Shown here: positions 1 to 8,595 of the stretch, in pieces
Layout: the number at the start of each line of letters is the position of its first letter
Numbering within the stretch: position 1 is the first letter of the stretch
The notes under the pieces: model-generated
What the model saw: only the letters and a program-made list of their open reading frames with translations
Databases searched by the model: none
Told to the model about the DNA's origin: nothing
Virus record (IMG/VR): IMGVR_UViG_3300042544_001941
Strand: one strand, 5' to 3'
DNA length: 64,000 nucleotides
Source: a virus
Made by a program: the position numbers and the translations under genes

Positions 1-272
1 CAAGAGTCTTGAATATAGTATATAATAGTCAATATCCAATTACGGTATATCGTGGTATTAAACCTAATGATAAGTATCAGAATCATAACCACCCCGGTGG
101 TTATTGGACCACCAAATTAAAAGTTGCCCAATCATTCGGTGATGTTGTCTATAAAGGATTGATACATAAACCTGAAGATATTATGCTTCTTCATACAATG
201 GAGAACAGGATGAGATGGCCCGAAGAGTTTGAATTATCTTCCAGCAAGGTGGAGGTTATCGGTAAAGTTTAA
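1..272 (+). CDS. 5'-truncated ORF, possible ADP-ribosyltransferase-like fold
   Basis: Frame is open from the window edge. Motifs VYRG...YWTTKLKVAQSFG...EEFE resemble the R / S-T / ExE ART signature. Confidence 0.4.
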   Translation, partial: RVLNIVYNSQYPITVYRGIKPNDKYQNHNHPGGYWTTKLKVAQSFGDVVYKGLIHKPEDIMLLHTMENRMRWPEEFELSSSKVEVIGKV

Positions 273-283
273 AAATTTAGATT

Positions 284-1051
284 ATGAAATTACAACCCAT
301 ATTAAATGAAATTCTAAGTGTAGGTAGTAAAGAACGTATACACATATCCAAAGAACCCGTTACAGGGATTAGAGACACCACTGATAGAGTTCAGGCTGAC
401 CCGTATGATAGACGAGGTATGTTGGCAAAACCCACAGGGTTTTGGTATGGGTTTGGTGATGAGTGGATATACTTCGTTAAAAACGAGATGAAGAGTTTTG
501 CTGATAGACTTGCACATACCTATAAGGTATATGTGGACCCATCCAAAGTTTATTCCATTAACAGTAGAGAGAAGTTGGATGAGTTCTGTGATGAATTTGT
601 AAGACATCCACAAATAAATGGTATAAGAGAAGATTATCCTCAATGGAATAAGGTGGCTGAAAAATATTCAGGTATTGAAATTCCCGTTTATAGTGAATTG
701 GGATTTAGAGGTTTATTCCAAGATGAGAACTATAGGAAATACTATTGGTTATATACTTGGGACATTAGTTCAGGTTGTATATGGAGACCCGACGGCGTTG
801 TTCGTTTAAAAGAAATGGGTTCAGGTGAAACCATCTTAAACCCCAACGATAGATTTAAAAGCCTAAGAAAGAATTTAACTTTTTATAAAGATTATTTGGA
901 TAATCATATGTCCGACTATCAAGGTGATGATAAAGAGGAGAAAATTGAAAAGTTAAGACAAAATATCGAAGACATTAAAAAACAGATGAATCAATTTGTC
1001 GAGTACGATAAAGATTATAAGTTTGATTCATTTGTATCTAACGATAGATAA
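284..1051 (+). CDS. Hypothetical phage protein with MKLxxILNE leader
   Basis: 255 aa ORF; KPTGFWY and WDISSGCIW motifs; leader MKLQPILNE. Confidence 0.6.
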   Translation: MKLQPILNEILSVGSKERIHISKEPVTGIRDTTDRVQADPYDRRGMLAKPTGFWYGFGDEWIYFVKNEMKSFADRLAHTYKVYVDPSKVYSINSREKLDEFCDEFVRHPQINGIREDYPQWNKVAEKYSGIEIPVYSELGFRGLFQDENYRKYYWLYTWDISSGCIWRPDGVVRLKEMGSGETILNPNDRFKSLRKNLTFYKDYLDNHMSDYQGDDKEEKIEKLRQNIEDIKKQMNQFVEYDKDYKFDSFVSNDR

Positions 1052-1066
1052 TTAAGGAAATATTAA

Positions 1067-1073
1067 TATTTAT
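1067..1073 (+). promoter_or_regulatory. TATTTAT putative phage late promoter (representative copy)
   Basis: The same heptamer lies shortly upstream of start codons at 2705, 2947, 3126, 6345, 12374, 14175, 16020, 23033, 24416, 31199, 32230, 33297, 33581, 44126, 45992, 55412 and 63468 (+), and at 18637, 20218, 22542, 30833 and 40176 (-). Confidence 0.7.
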
Positions 1074-1091
1074 AAAAATAAGATTAGAACT

Positions 1092-1517
1092 ATGTACAAG
1101 AACTTTAATTTAACTGATGAGGAAAGAGGACAGATTATGGAACAACACTCCTCGTTTGGTTATAGAAAACCATCCCAATTAAATGAGGAGGTGTCAAAAG
1201 AAGAAATAATCAATCACTTCGGTTTTCAAAAGAAATTTGAAAAGACGCTCGATAACGGTTCGGTTATTGAAGGTTTTTCAGGTCCCGATAATGTATATGC
1301 TGTTAACATCGTTATTATGGGTGATAAGGCAAAGATATTATATCGTGGTCCCGTTTTTGGAAGTCCTGATAAAAAGAGTGAATCAGATTTAACCGTTCAG
1401 TTCTATCAAAAGGATTGGATTCCCGTTTCAGGTGATATGTTCCCAAGAGGAATTCAAAAGGCGTTCAAACACGCAGAACTAATTAAAAAATATAACAACT
1501 CAGAATCATTAAGATAA
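1092..1517 (+). CDS. Hypothetical leader-bearing protein
   Basis: 141 aa; N-terminus FNLTDEERGQIMEQH...LNEE; TATTTAT upstream. Confidence 0.7.
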   Translation: MYKNFNLTDEERGQIMEQHSSFGYRKPSQLNEEVSKEEIINHFGFQKKFEKTLDNGSVIEGFSGPDNVYAVNIVIMGDKAKILYRGPVFGSPDKKSESDLTVQFYQKDWIPVSGDMFPRGIQKAFKHAELIKKYNNSESLR

Positions 1518-1518
1518 T

Positions 1519-2115
1519 ATGAAAAAACAAACATTAAAGGAACAAGTATCCCGTATTAAAGGGATGATTAAAAGGGTTAACGAAGGTGTTCACACAGATG
1601 ATGAAAAGGAATCGTATCAAGAATTTGACATAAGTCAGGATAGAAAAGATTCTTTGGTTATGCAAGTGGCTTTGAATATGTTATTGAAAGGAGAATATAG
1701 TGTGGAAGATATTAAGAGATTAATAATGAATAATAATCACCTTTCAGATGAAACCAAACTTTATATTTTAAAAGATAAAAAAGGTGGTGATATGAATGAA
1801 GGAATCCTCGACGATGATAAATTCAATAATGAAGTTAAACTATATAACGAGAAAATTAAAAACTCATATATGGTATTGGAATATCTGGGAAAGTTGTTTA
1901 ATGATGGTCAGATAAGTAGAGAAGTATTTCACGATTTCAATGACGCTCTACAAGGTGTCCTTAAACGTTATCACACTTATATGAATAGACGCCATAATGG
2001 GATGGATGATGCAACAAAGACACAAATGCGTGACGAATTGACAATGTTCAGACCTCGTGAACGTGGTGGTGAGTTTGATGATGATGAAATGGATGACATA
2101 ACTAATCTTAAGTAA
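1519..2115 (+). CDS. Hypothetical leader-bearing protein
   Basis: 198 aa; begins MKKQTLKEQVSRIKGM, identical to the next gene. Confidence 0.75.
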   Translation: MKKQTLKEQVSRIKGMIKRVNEGVHTDDEKESYQEFDISQDRKDSLVMQVALNMLLKGEYSVEDIKRLIMNNNHLSDETKLYILKDKKGGDMNEGILDDDKFNNEVKLYNEKIKNSYMVLEYLGKLFNDGQISREVFHDFNDALQGVLKRYHTYMNRRHNGMDDATKTQMRDELTMFRPRERGGEFDDDEMDDITNLK

Positions 2116-2127
2116 TATTAATATACA

Positions 2128-2637
2128 ATGAAAAAACAAACATTAAAGGAACAAGTATCTCGTATTAAGGGAATGATGGGGAAAATAATGACAGAATCAT
2201 TTGAAGGTGAGGGATTACCCGAACAACCTAAAGAGATTGATATCGACCCAGCAATTAAAGATGAAGCAATGAAACTTGCTGATATGATTAAGAACGGTGA
2301 TGAAAGCATTGTGGTTCACGACTCATATCTTGACACAATAACTTTGGGGGTTAATGAAGATGGAACAGTTGGTTTAGAATATACATACGATGTTGATGTT
2401 CACGAGTATCCATATTTTTCTAGAGGTAGGAGTTTTATGTCAAATGGTGACGTAGGATATCCTGATGAGGGTTCTGACGGTGATGGTGAGGTGTATGTAA
2501 CAGGTCTAAGAATAATTGATTATAATGGTAATCAGATATATGAGGGTGATGATTTTACAGATATGAAATTTCCTGACGAATTATCGAATAGTCTTTTGTC
2601 AGATTATTTTAAACGTAATCCAAATTCTGGTTATTAA
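2128..2637 (+). CDS. Hypothetical acidic leader-bearing protein
   Basis: 169 aa; same first 16 aa as 1519..2115 with an unrelated body. Confidence 0.75.
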   Translation: MKKQTLKEQVSRIKGMMGKIMTESFEGEGLPEQPKEIDIDPAIKDEAMKLADMIKNGDESIVVHDSYLDTITLGVNEDGTVGLEYTYDVDVHEYPYFSRGRSFMSNGDVGYPDEGSDGDGEVYVTGLRIIDYNGNQIYEGDDFTDMKFPDELSNSLLSDYFKRNPNSGY

Positions 2638-2674
2638 TAAAATAAATATAATTTTTTAAACTATATTTTTATAA

Positions 2675-2700
2675 GACCCTCTCACACGAGAGGGTTTTTT
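2675..2700 (+). terminator. Intrinsic terminator
   Basis: ACCCTCTC-ACAC-GAGAGGGT followed by a T run. Confidence 0.8.
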
Positions 2701-2726
2701 ATTGTATTTATTATATAAACTATATT

Positions 2727-2846
2727 ATGGGAAGTGCACCGAAAAAACCAAGAGCTATGAGAAGCAAACGTTCCGGAGTTAAAAAGATGGAACAAATTAA
2801 ACGCAACTTAGAGATTCTAAAGAAATTCCTTACTAAGAAAGGATAA
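2727..2846 (+). CDS. Small basic protein (39 aa, not in the ORF track)
   Basis: MGSAPKKPRAMRSKRSGVKKMEQIKRNLEILKKFLTKKG; TATTTAT at 2705. Confidence 0.65.
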   Translation: MGSAPKKPRAMRSKRSGVKKMEQIKRNLEILKKFLTKKG

Positions 2847-2854
2847 AGAGAACC

Positions 2855-2935
2855 AGGGTTTGAAGACCCTGCTTAGGACCGGGACTAGTTACTATCCCGT
2901 TGGGACAAGAATTCGCTACTCTTGTCCTTTTTTTA
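2855..2935 (+). ncRNA. Three tandem hairpins ending in a terminator (structured 3' UTR or small RNA)
   Basis: CAGGGT/ACCCTG, CGGGA/TCCCG and GGACAAGA/TCTTGTCC plus a T run. Confidence 0.45.
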
Positions 2936-2962
2936 TTCTAATTAAATATTTATATTATACAT

Positions 2963-3079
2963 ATGTTCACACGTCTTCTCGCAATTATTGTGGTGTGTTT
3001 TATGGTGATTGCAATGTCACCATTCTATATCATATGGGGATTAATAAATTTAATTGCGAAAATAAAAAAAAACCTCTGA
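2963..3079 (+). CDS. Small membrane peptide (38 aa, not in the ORF track)
   Basis: MFTRLLAIIVVCFMVIAMSPFYIIWGLINLIAKIKKNL; TATTTAT at 2947. Confidence 0.5.
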   Translation: MFTRLLAIIVVCFMVIAMSPFYIIWGLINLIAKIKKNL

Positions 3080-3137
3080 AGCCGGGTTTCATACGCCGGA
3101 ACCGGGGTTTAAACAAATTTGTGAGTATTTATATATT

Positions 3138-3578
3138 ATGAAACAGATAAACGAAAATAATCACGGTCCTGAAGCTGAATATAGGAATTCCGTGAAAGCG
3201 TTTGAGACGTTATCCTCACAAGAAGCCACAGAGAGTGCAATATCATTCCTTGAGAATATCATACAAGATTCAGGGTTCGGTAGTGATGCAACACAACAAA
3301 TTCATTGGGCTACTGAGATATTAGAATTAATTCGACAACAAAATCCCAAATATGCAAAATCGATTGATAAATCAATTACCGACCTTCATAGCTTACACAA
3401 AGAAGTTAGAAAAATGAGTCAGAAATACGTTTCAGATATGCACGATATATTCTCAGATGTAATGTTGGATGTTAGACACATTAATAGAACATCGGAAGAA
3501 TTTATCGATGAACCTGTTGAAGGTCCGATGAACGAATCAATCCAAAAAATAAAATCAGAATTTAAAAGATTTATATAA
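3138..3578 (+). CDS. Hypothetical leader-bearing protein
   Basis: 146 aa; MKQINE start; C-terminal MNESIQKIKSEFKRFI; TATTTAT at 3126. Confidence 0.7.
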   Translation: MKQINENNHGPEAEYRNSVKAFETLSSQEATESAISFLENIIQDSGFGSDATQQIHWATEILELIRQQNPKYAKSIDKSITDLHSLHKEVRKMSQKYVSDMHDIFSDVMLDVRHINRTSEEFIDEPVEGPMNESIQKIKSEFKRFI

Positions 3579-3589
3579 AACAAATTAAA

Positions 3590-4402
3590 ATGGCAAAAAT
3601 AGTATTAACTGAAGAACAACTTGAAAAAATGGTTAAGAGAATGGTCTCAACCCATATTATGTCTGAAGCACCAGTTCCAATTGGAAATCCAGGTGGTATG
3701 ACCGATGATGAAATTTTGGCGAAAGCTGCTGAAATTAGAAAAGTAAGAGCAACTAACGCATCGGTTTTAAAACCGGGTGAAAAGGCTAGCGACTACTTTT
3801 TAAATCCTGATGGTTCGATTAAAACAACCGAATTACCTGGTGTAACAGTAACCGCTAAAAGAGGCCCAGCACCGGCGATAACCGCGCCAAAAAACACTTC
3901 ACCATCTACAGCTATTAACAATGCTAATACAGTGGCAGCAGCACCTAATGTGTCAGGAACCACAATTAACAGAGTAGGAAGTGGACCAACAACACCTGCA
4001 GCACAAGGAATTGAATTACCAACCGTAACAGTGACAGGACAAACAGGTCCGGATGCCGCGATTGCGTCAGCACCAAAAGTACCTCTTCCATCTGTTACAA
4101 CACCTACAACTCCTGGTGTATCAGGACAACCGGCAGCTAAACAAATGTCAGGACAAGAAATACACAATCTATTAATGCAAAAAGGTTTAATTAATGGACT
4201 TACTGATATGAACGGATATGAAAATAGAAGAATCGTTTATAAAGGAGCCCCATTATCTCAAGAACAATTAGGAACATTAACTAAGCATCTTGTTGACAAT
4301 GGATATGGTGGAAGATTCTCACAAGTACCAGATAAAAGATATGGTCAAAAATATGTATGGGTTAAAGGTGGAAACGCCTTACCATCTGACTTAGCAGCAT
4401 AA
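3590..4402 (+). CDS. Pro/Thr/Ala-rich leader-bearing protein with C-terminal domain shared with 34894..36708
   Basis: MAKIVLTEEQLEKM leader; ELPxVTVT twice; YKGxxL...DKxYGxKYVW at the C-terminus. Confidence 0.75.
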   Translation: MAKIVLTEEQLEKMVKRMVSTHIMSEAPVPIGNPGGMTDDEILAKAAEIRKVRATNASVLKPGEKASDYFLNPDGSIKTTELPGVTVTAKRGPAPAITAPKNTSPSTAINNANTVAAAPNVSGTTINRVGSGPTTPAAQGIELPTVTVTGQTGPDAAIASAPKVPLPSVTTPTTPGVSGQPAAKQMSGQEIHNLLMQKGLINGLTDMNGYENRRIVYKGAPLSQEQLGTLTKHLVDNGYGGRFSQVPDKRYGQKYVWVKGGNALPSDLAA

Positions 4403-4423
4403 ACTAAACGTTCAAAAATAATT

Positions 4424-4449
4424 AAACCCCTCCTTGTGAGGGGTTTTTT
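4424..4449 (+). terminator. Intrinsic terminator
   Basis: AAACCCCTC...GAGGGGTTT followed by a T run. Confidence 0.8.
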
Positions 4450-4479
4450 ATTTGGTATTTATTTGATATATTTTATTAA

Positions 4480-5079
4480 ATGACAAAAGAGGTTGTAGTT
4501 GCTTATTATAGGGAAAATATTAAATGGTTGAAAAATGTAAAAGATTATAAAATAACCATTTATAATAAATCAAGTTACGATATTGAAAACACTATAAGTT
4601 TAGACAATGTTGGTAGGGAAATGCACACCTATTTTTACCACATAATTGAAAATTATGATAATTTATCTGACGTTACATTTTTTACACAGGGAAACCCATT
4701 TGACCACGTAAGTAATTATATTGAGATATTAAACGGATATCCACAAACACTAAGTAATGGTGTCCTATCAATCGGAGACGCACATTTCTTTTCTGATAAA
4801 CCCACATATAAATGTGATATGTATGGTAATGATATCTATGGTAATCCGTATCACTGGGGTTTAGATATGAATGTAATTTGGAAAACCGTTTTTACTTCTC
4901 CTGCACCCGAAAAAATAGAATTTACCGCAGGTTGTATTTTTTGTGTAACCAAAGAACAAATAAAAATAAGAGACTTATCGTTTTACCGAAAATGTCTTGA
5001 ACTTTCTATAATTAGAGAAAGGTCACCTTGGGAATATGAAAGGTTAATGTCTTTTATCTTTAATCAAAACATAATTTAA
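4480..5079 (+). CDS. DUF3431-like protein (glycosyltransferase-like)
   Basis: VVAYYRENIKW, NVGREMHTY, FTQGNPFDH and WEYER motifs. Confidence 0.7.
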   Translation: MTKEVVVAYYRENIKWLKNVKDYKITIYNKSSYDIENTISLDNVGREMHTYFYHIIENYDNLSDVTFFTQGNPFDHVSNYIEILNGYPQTLSNGVLSIGDAHFFSDKPTYKCDMYGNDIYGNPYHWGLDMNVIWKTVFTSPAPEKIEFTAGCIFCVTKEQIKIRDLSFYRKCLELSIIRERSPWEYERLMSFIFNQNII

Positions 5080-5714
5080 TGAAATTCGCTATTAGTTCAC
5101 ATAAAGATTATATGGGATTGACTGAACATAAAGTAGTCGAGTCCTTAATAAACTCAGGGGTACCTCCTGAGGATATATACTTCTTTATTGGTGGTTATGA
5201 GGGGGAATATCAAAAACTTGAAGGTGGGTATAATAGATATTCCTGTCCACACAACTCAATGGATTTTACGGGTTTAATTTCACTTATTGAGTTGGACATT
5301 GAATCTGACTATTGGTTTTTATTACACGACACTTGTTATGTTGGTGATAAGTTTTACAAAGTGGTTACTGAATACCCATACAAAGATAAAAAGTATATTA
5401 GTTTAGATACTGAACTGAGTATGAATATGGGGGCATATAGATGGGATTACATTCAAGAAAAAAAACAAGATATTGTAAGATATAAAAACACATCAGATAG
5501 TTTACAAGAATATAAAACATTACTAATAATTGACGAGGATATATTTTTTAGACCAAAAGAACATCATTTTAACGTTTCACGAAGACAGTCATCCAACCCA
5601 ACCGATTATTACAATAATGGTACTGATAGAATTATCGAGTACTTTCCGAATATAGACTTACATAAGGTGAAAGCCAATTGGTGTCTAAAAGATATTTACG
5701 TAAATAAGCCTTAA
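5079..5714 (+). CDS. Putative glycosyltransferase-like protein
   Basis: WFLLHDT motif; overlaps the DUF3431 gene by one base. Confidence 0.45.
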   Translation: MKFAISSHKDYMGLTEHKVVESLINSGVPPEDIYFFIGGYEGEYQKLEGGYNRYSCPHNSMDFTGLISLIELDIESDYWFLLHDTCYVGDKFYKVVTEYPYKDKKYISLDTELSMNMGAYRWDYIQEKKQDIVRYKNTSDSLQEYKTLLIIDEDIFFRPKEHHFNVSRRQSSNPTDYYNNGTDRIIEYFPNIDLHKVKANWCLKDIYVNKP

Positions 5715-5715
5715 T

Positions 5716-6342
5716 ATGAATTTAATTAACAAAGAGATTTATAATAATCTCGAATTATTACCTGAAGATAGTCAGGGATGGAACGGTAATCACAATTTTT
5801 TTAAAAGTATAATTGATGAGGTTAACCCTAAATTAATTGTGGAAGTTGGGACTTGGAAGGGTCAATCGGCAATCAATATGGGAAAACACATATTGGAAAC
5901 TAACAAAGACACTAAAATAATCTGCATTGACACTTGGTTGGGGGCAATTGAATTTTGGTCTTGGGCGTCAACCACTCCTGAAAGAAATCTCCTTTTAAAG
6001 AATGGGTACCCACAAATATATTATCAATTCCTATCAAACGTGGTTCATAACGGTTTACAAGATATTATAACCCCATTCCCGAACACATCGGAAAATGGGT
6101 TTAGATACCTTTCCTATATGAAATTGGAACCTGAATTGATATACATTGACGCATCTCACGAGGAGGACGATGTCTATAAAGATGTGAAAAACTATTACAG
6201 TATATTGAAACCGGGTGGGGTTATTTTCGGTGATGATTATGGAAATTGGGTTGGGGTTAGGAACGCATTAGGTCGTTTTAAATCTGAAATGAATATAAAT
6301 ATGGATATTATTGACGGTAATTTTTGGGTTATCAAAAAATAA
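5716..6342 (+). CDS. Class I SAM-dependent methyltransferase (Methyltransf_24-like)
   Basis: VEVGTWKGQS, IDTW, IYIDASH and LKPGGVIFGDDY motifs. Confidence 0.85.
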   Translation: MNLINKEIYNNLELLPEDSQGWNGNHNFFKSIIDEVNPKLIVEVGTWKGQSAINMGKHILETNKDTKIICIDTWLGAIEFWSWASTTPERNLLLKNGYPQIYYQFLSNVVHNGLQDIITPFPNTSENGFRYLSYMKLEPELIYIDASHEEDDVYKDVKNYYSILKPGGVIFGDDYGNWVGVRNALGRFKSEMNINMDIIDGNFWVIKK

Positions 6343-6356
6343 AGTATTTATATATT

Positions 6357-6617
6357 ATGAAATTAGCGCTAACCGAAGAACAATTAGATAAAGTATTTGA
6401 ATACTTTGATAAAAAGGAAGAGGAACCTGAAAAATTCAGTGAACGTCATTATGATGAGTATGTGAGATTATTTCACAGATTAAAGGAATTTAGAGACCTT
6501 GGATTTATAAAAGACGAAGAATACCAACCTTTAGTAAGACCAATGTTTGAGATATTGGCCAGAATGAAGGAAGAGTTACCCTTCTTATATGGTTCAACAT
6601 TTAGTACCGAAAGATAA
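6357..6617 (+). CDS. Hypothetical leader-bearing protein
   Basis: Start moved to ATG 6357 after TATTTAT at 6345; MKLALTEEQLDKV. Confidence 0.7.
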   Translation: MKLALTEEQLDKVFEYFDKKEEEPEKFSERHYDEYVRLFHRLKEFRDLGFIKDEEYQPLVRPMFEILARMKEELPFLYGSTFSTER

Positions 6618-6621
6618 ATTT

Positions 6622-6954
6622 ATGAAACTATTAGAATTAATATCCGAATCGGAAGAGAAAAAAAATAAGTTCTGTGAATTTGCAGAAAAAAGATTAGGCG
6701 GTGCAACTAAAATTGTGGAGAACGCAAAAGAGAAGGGTGGACCTGCAATGTTAACCTATCACCACTTTGTTGTTAAATTACCATATTATAAAAAAGCGTC
6801 CGAAGGTAATTTTGATTTGGATGGTGCTAAAAAAGAATATAAAGAACACTTAGATAAGTTATGTGATTTGGGGAGTAATATGAATCAAGTTGAGTTTCAA
6901 AAGTTAGTAGGTCTTATAGAAGTTTTGGGTGAATTAATAATTAAACATAAATAA
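6622..6954 (+). CDS. Hypothetical leader-bearing protein
   Basis: MKLLELISESEE; start moved to 6622. Confidence 0.65.
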   Translation: MKLLELISESEEKKNKFCEFAEKRLGGATKIVENAKEKGGPAMLTYHHFVVKLPYYKKASEGNFDLDGAKKEYKEHLDKLCDLGSNMNQVEFQKLVGLIEVLGELIIKHK

Positions 6955-6963
6955 AAATTTAAA

Positions 6964-7998
6964 ATGAATAAGAAAGTAGTAAAACTAAAAGAATCCGACA
7001 TTAAAAAAATTGTCGATAACGTTATAAAAGAGCAGATGTATGGTATGTACGCTGGTCAATATGCAGCACAGGCTGCTAATGATGAGCAACAAAAAAGATT
7101 ACAAAACATTGCGAATATGCAAAAAACAGTTGATGCTCAAGGTATTATTAAAAATCCAAAATCTGTATATAATAACACAAGATGGGCAGACTATATTGCT
7201 AAATTTAATGTTACACAAGATGACATTAAAAATGCTAAGGAACTTACAACAAAACAAAACACTGAAGCAACTCAACAACAAAGTAGGATACAAAACATCG
7301 CAAACATATCAAGAATGGTAAATGCTGATGGTATGATTGTGAACCCAAAATCTCAATATAACAATACACCTTGGTCTGATTATATTAAAACATTTAATGT
7401 GACTCAGGACGAAATTAATAAAGCAAATCAACTAAATCAATCACAACCTACACCAACACCTGCAGCAGGAAATAGTAGAATACAAAATATTACTAACATA
7501 TTAAAAACTGTTGATGTTCAAGGTATAATTAAAAATCCTGCTTCCGCGATGAATAATACAAAATGGGAAGATTATGTGAAAACATATAATGTCACACAAG
7601 CCGAAATAGACCAAGCAAAAGCCTCAATGGGAGGTGGTGGACAAACCAACACACAACAAAGACAAAGAAGACAACCTGACCCTAAGGTTCAAGAATTACA
7701 AAAAACATTGGTGGGTACGGTAGTAAACGGAAGAAAATTTACTGAGGCTGATGTTGATGGGGTTATGGGACCAATAACAAGAGCAGCACAGGCGGCGAAA
7801 CAAGGAAGTGCATCTACAAGTACAGCATTACCTCCACTTCCTCCTGGTGTAACTGAGGATGATATTTTAAAAAGAGCAGAAGAGATTGAGAAGTCGAGAG
7901 TAACACCTGCACCAACAGCAACACCAGCACCAACAGCAACACCAGCACCAACTGCAACACCTGCACCAACTGCAACACCTGCACCCAAAACAACTTAA
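6964..7998 (+). CDS. Leader-bearing repeat protein with PG-binding-like motif and (PAPTAT)n tail
   Basis: Three repeats RxQNIxN...NPxSxxNNTxWxDYxxxxNVTQxxI; VQELQ...DGVMGPITRAA motif. Confidence 0.75.
   Translation: MNKKVVKLKESDIKKIVDNVIKEQMYGMYAGQYAAQAANDEQQKRLQNIANMQKTVDAQGIIKNPKSVYNNTRWADYIAKFNVTQDDIKNAKELTTKQNTEATQQQSRIQNIANISRMVNADGMIVNPKSQYNNTPWSDYIKTFNVTQDEINKANQLNQSQPTPTPAAGNSRIQNITNILKTVDVQGIIKNPASAMNNTKWEDYVKTYNVTQAEIDQAKASMGGGGQTNTQQRQRRQPDPKVQELQKTLVGTVVNGRKFTEADVDGVMGPITRAAQAAKQGSASTSTALPPLPPGVTEDDILKRAEEIEKSRVTPAPTATPAPTATPAPTATPAPTATPAPKTT
7903..7986 (+). repeat. 18-bp tandem coding repeat (TPAPTA)
   Basis: ACACCWGCACCAACWGCA repeated about 4.5 times. Confidence 0.85.
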
Positions 7999-8001
7999 AA
8001 A

Positions 8002-8595
8002 ATGAAACTAACTCCAATTTTTGAATCTATCAACAACCAATCAATCAATGAATTAGATATTGATAGACATTCTTTAGACAGAATTATTAAAAGATTTGTT
8101 AAACAAACTTATTTTCCATTAATACTTAAAAGTAAATCTGATAAAGATTTTGGAAAACAGGTTGGGACTTATAGGATGCCGGATGAAGAAAGTCAAAAAA
8201 TATTTAAATCATTGGATGAGATAATGAATTTAGTAATGCCTAAAGAAGTTAGATTGGGTGTTGTAGTACATAGGTTTGATTTTGATTTACTGAGAAATGA
8301 TAATATAATGTGGCCAAACAACGATATTAGACTACAAACACTTAGAGATATTGTTCATAATGATGGTCGATTATACATTAAAGACGTTGAGACCGATTCA
8401 GTTGGGGATGTTTTTTATTTGGTATTGAATGGTAATAAAGTAGTTACAATGTTTTATAACAGAAGTCATACTATGAAAATAGACGATAGAATAGATGCAA
8501 TTGTTGATGCTGATATGTTGTACACATATGCTAAGAGAGGTGTTAAGGACACTGGTAATGTTTGGAGTCAATTAAGAAATCCAACAAAATCATAA
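8002..8595 (+). CDS. Hypothetical leader-bearing protein
   Basis: 197 aa; MKLTPIFESINNQSINE. Confidence 0.7.
   Translation: MKLTPIFESINNQSINELDIDRHSLDRIIKRFVKQTYFPLILKSKSDKDFGKQVGTYRMPDEESQKIFKSLDEIMNLVMPKEVRLGVVVHRFDFDLLRNDNIMWPNNDIRLQTLRDIVHNDGRLYIKDVETDSVGDVFYLVLNGNKVVTMFYNRSHTMKIDDRIDAIVDADMLYTYAKRGVKDTGNVWSQLRNPTKS

Noticed and set aside
2860-3141. 93-aa TTG-start ORF
   Set aside because: It spans a terminator and a TATTTAT motif; the small ORF at 2963..3079 explains the region better.
3793-7988. Antisense ORFs 3793..4167, 7689..7988 and 7814..8017 (GAGVAV repeats)
   Set aside because: They are mirror frames of Pro/Thr/Ala-rich sense genes.
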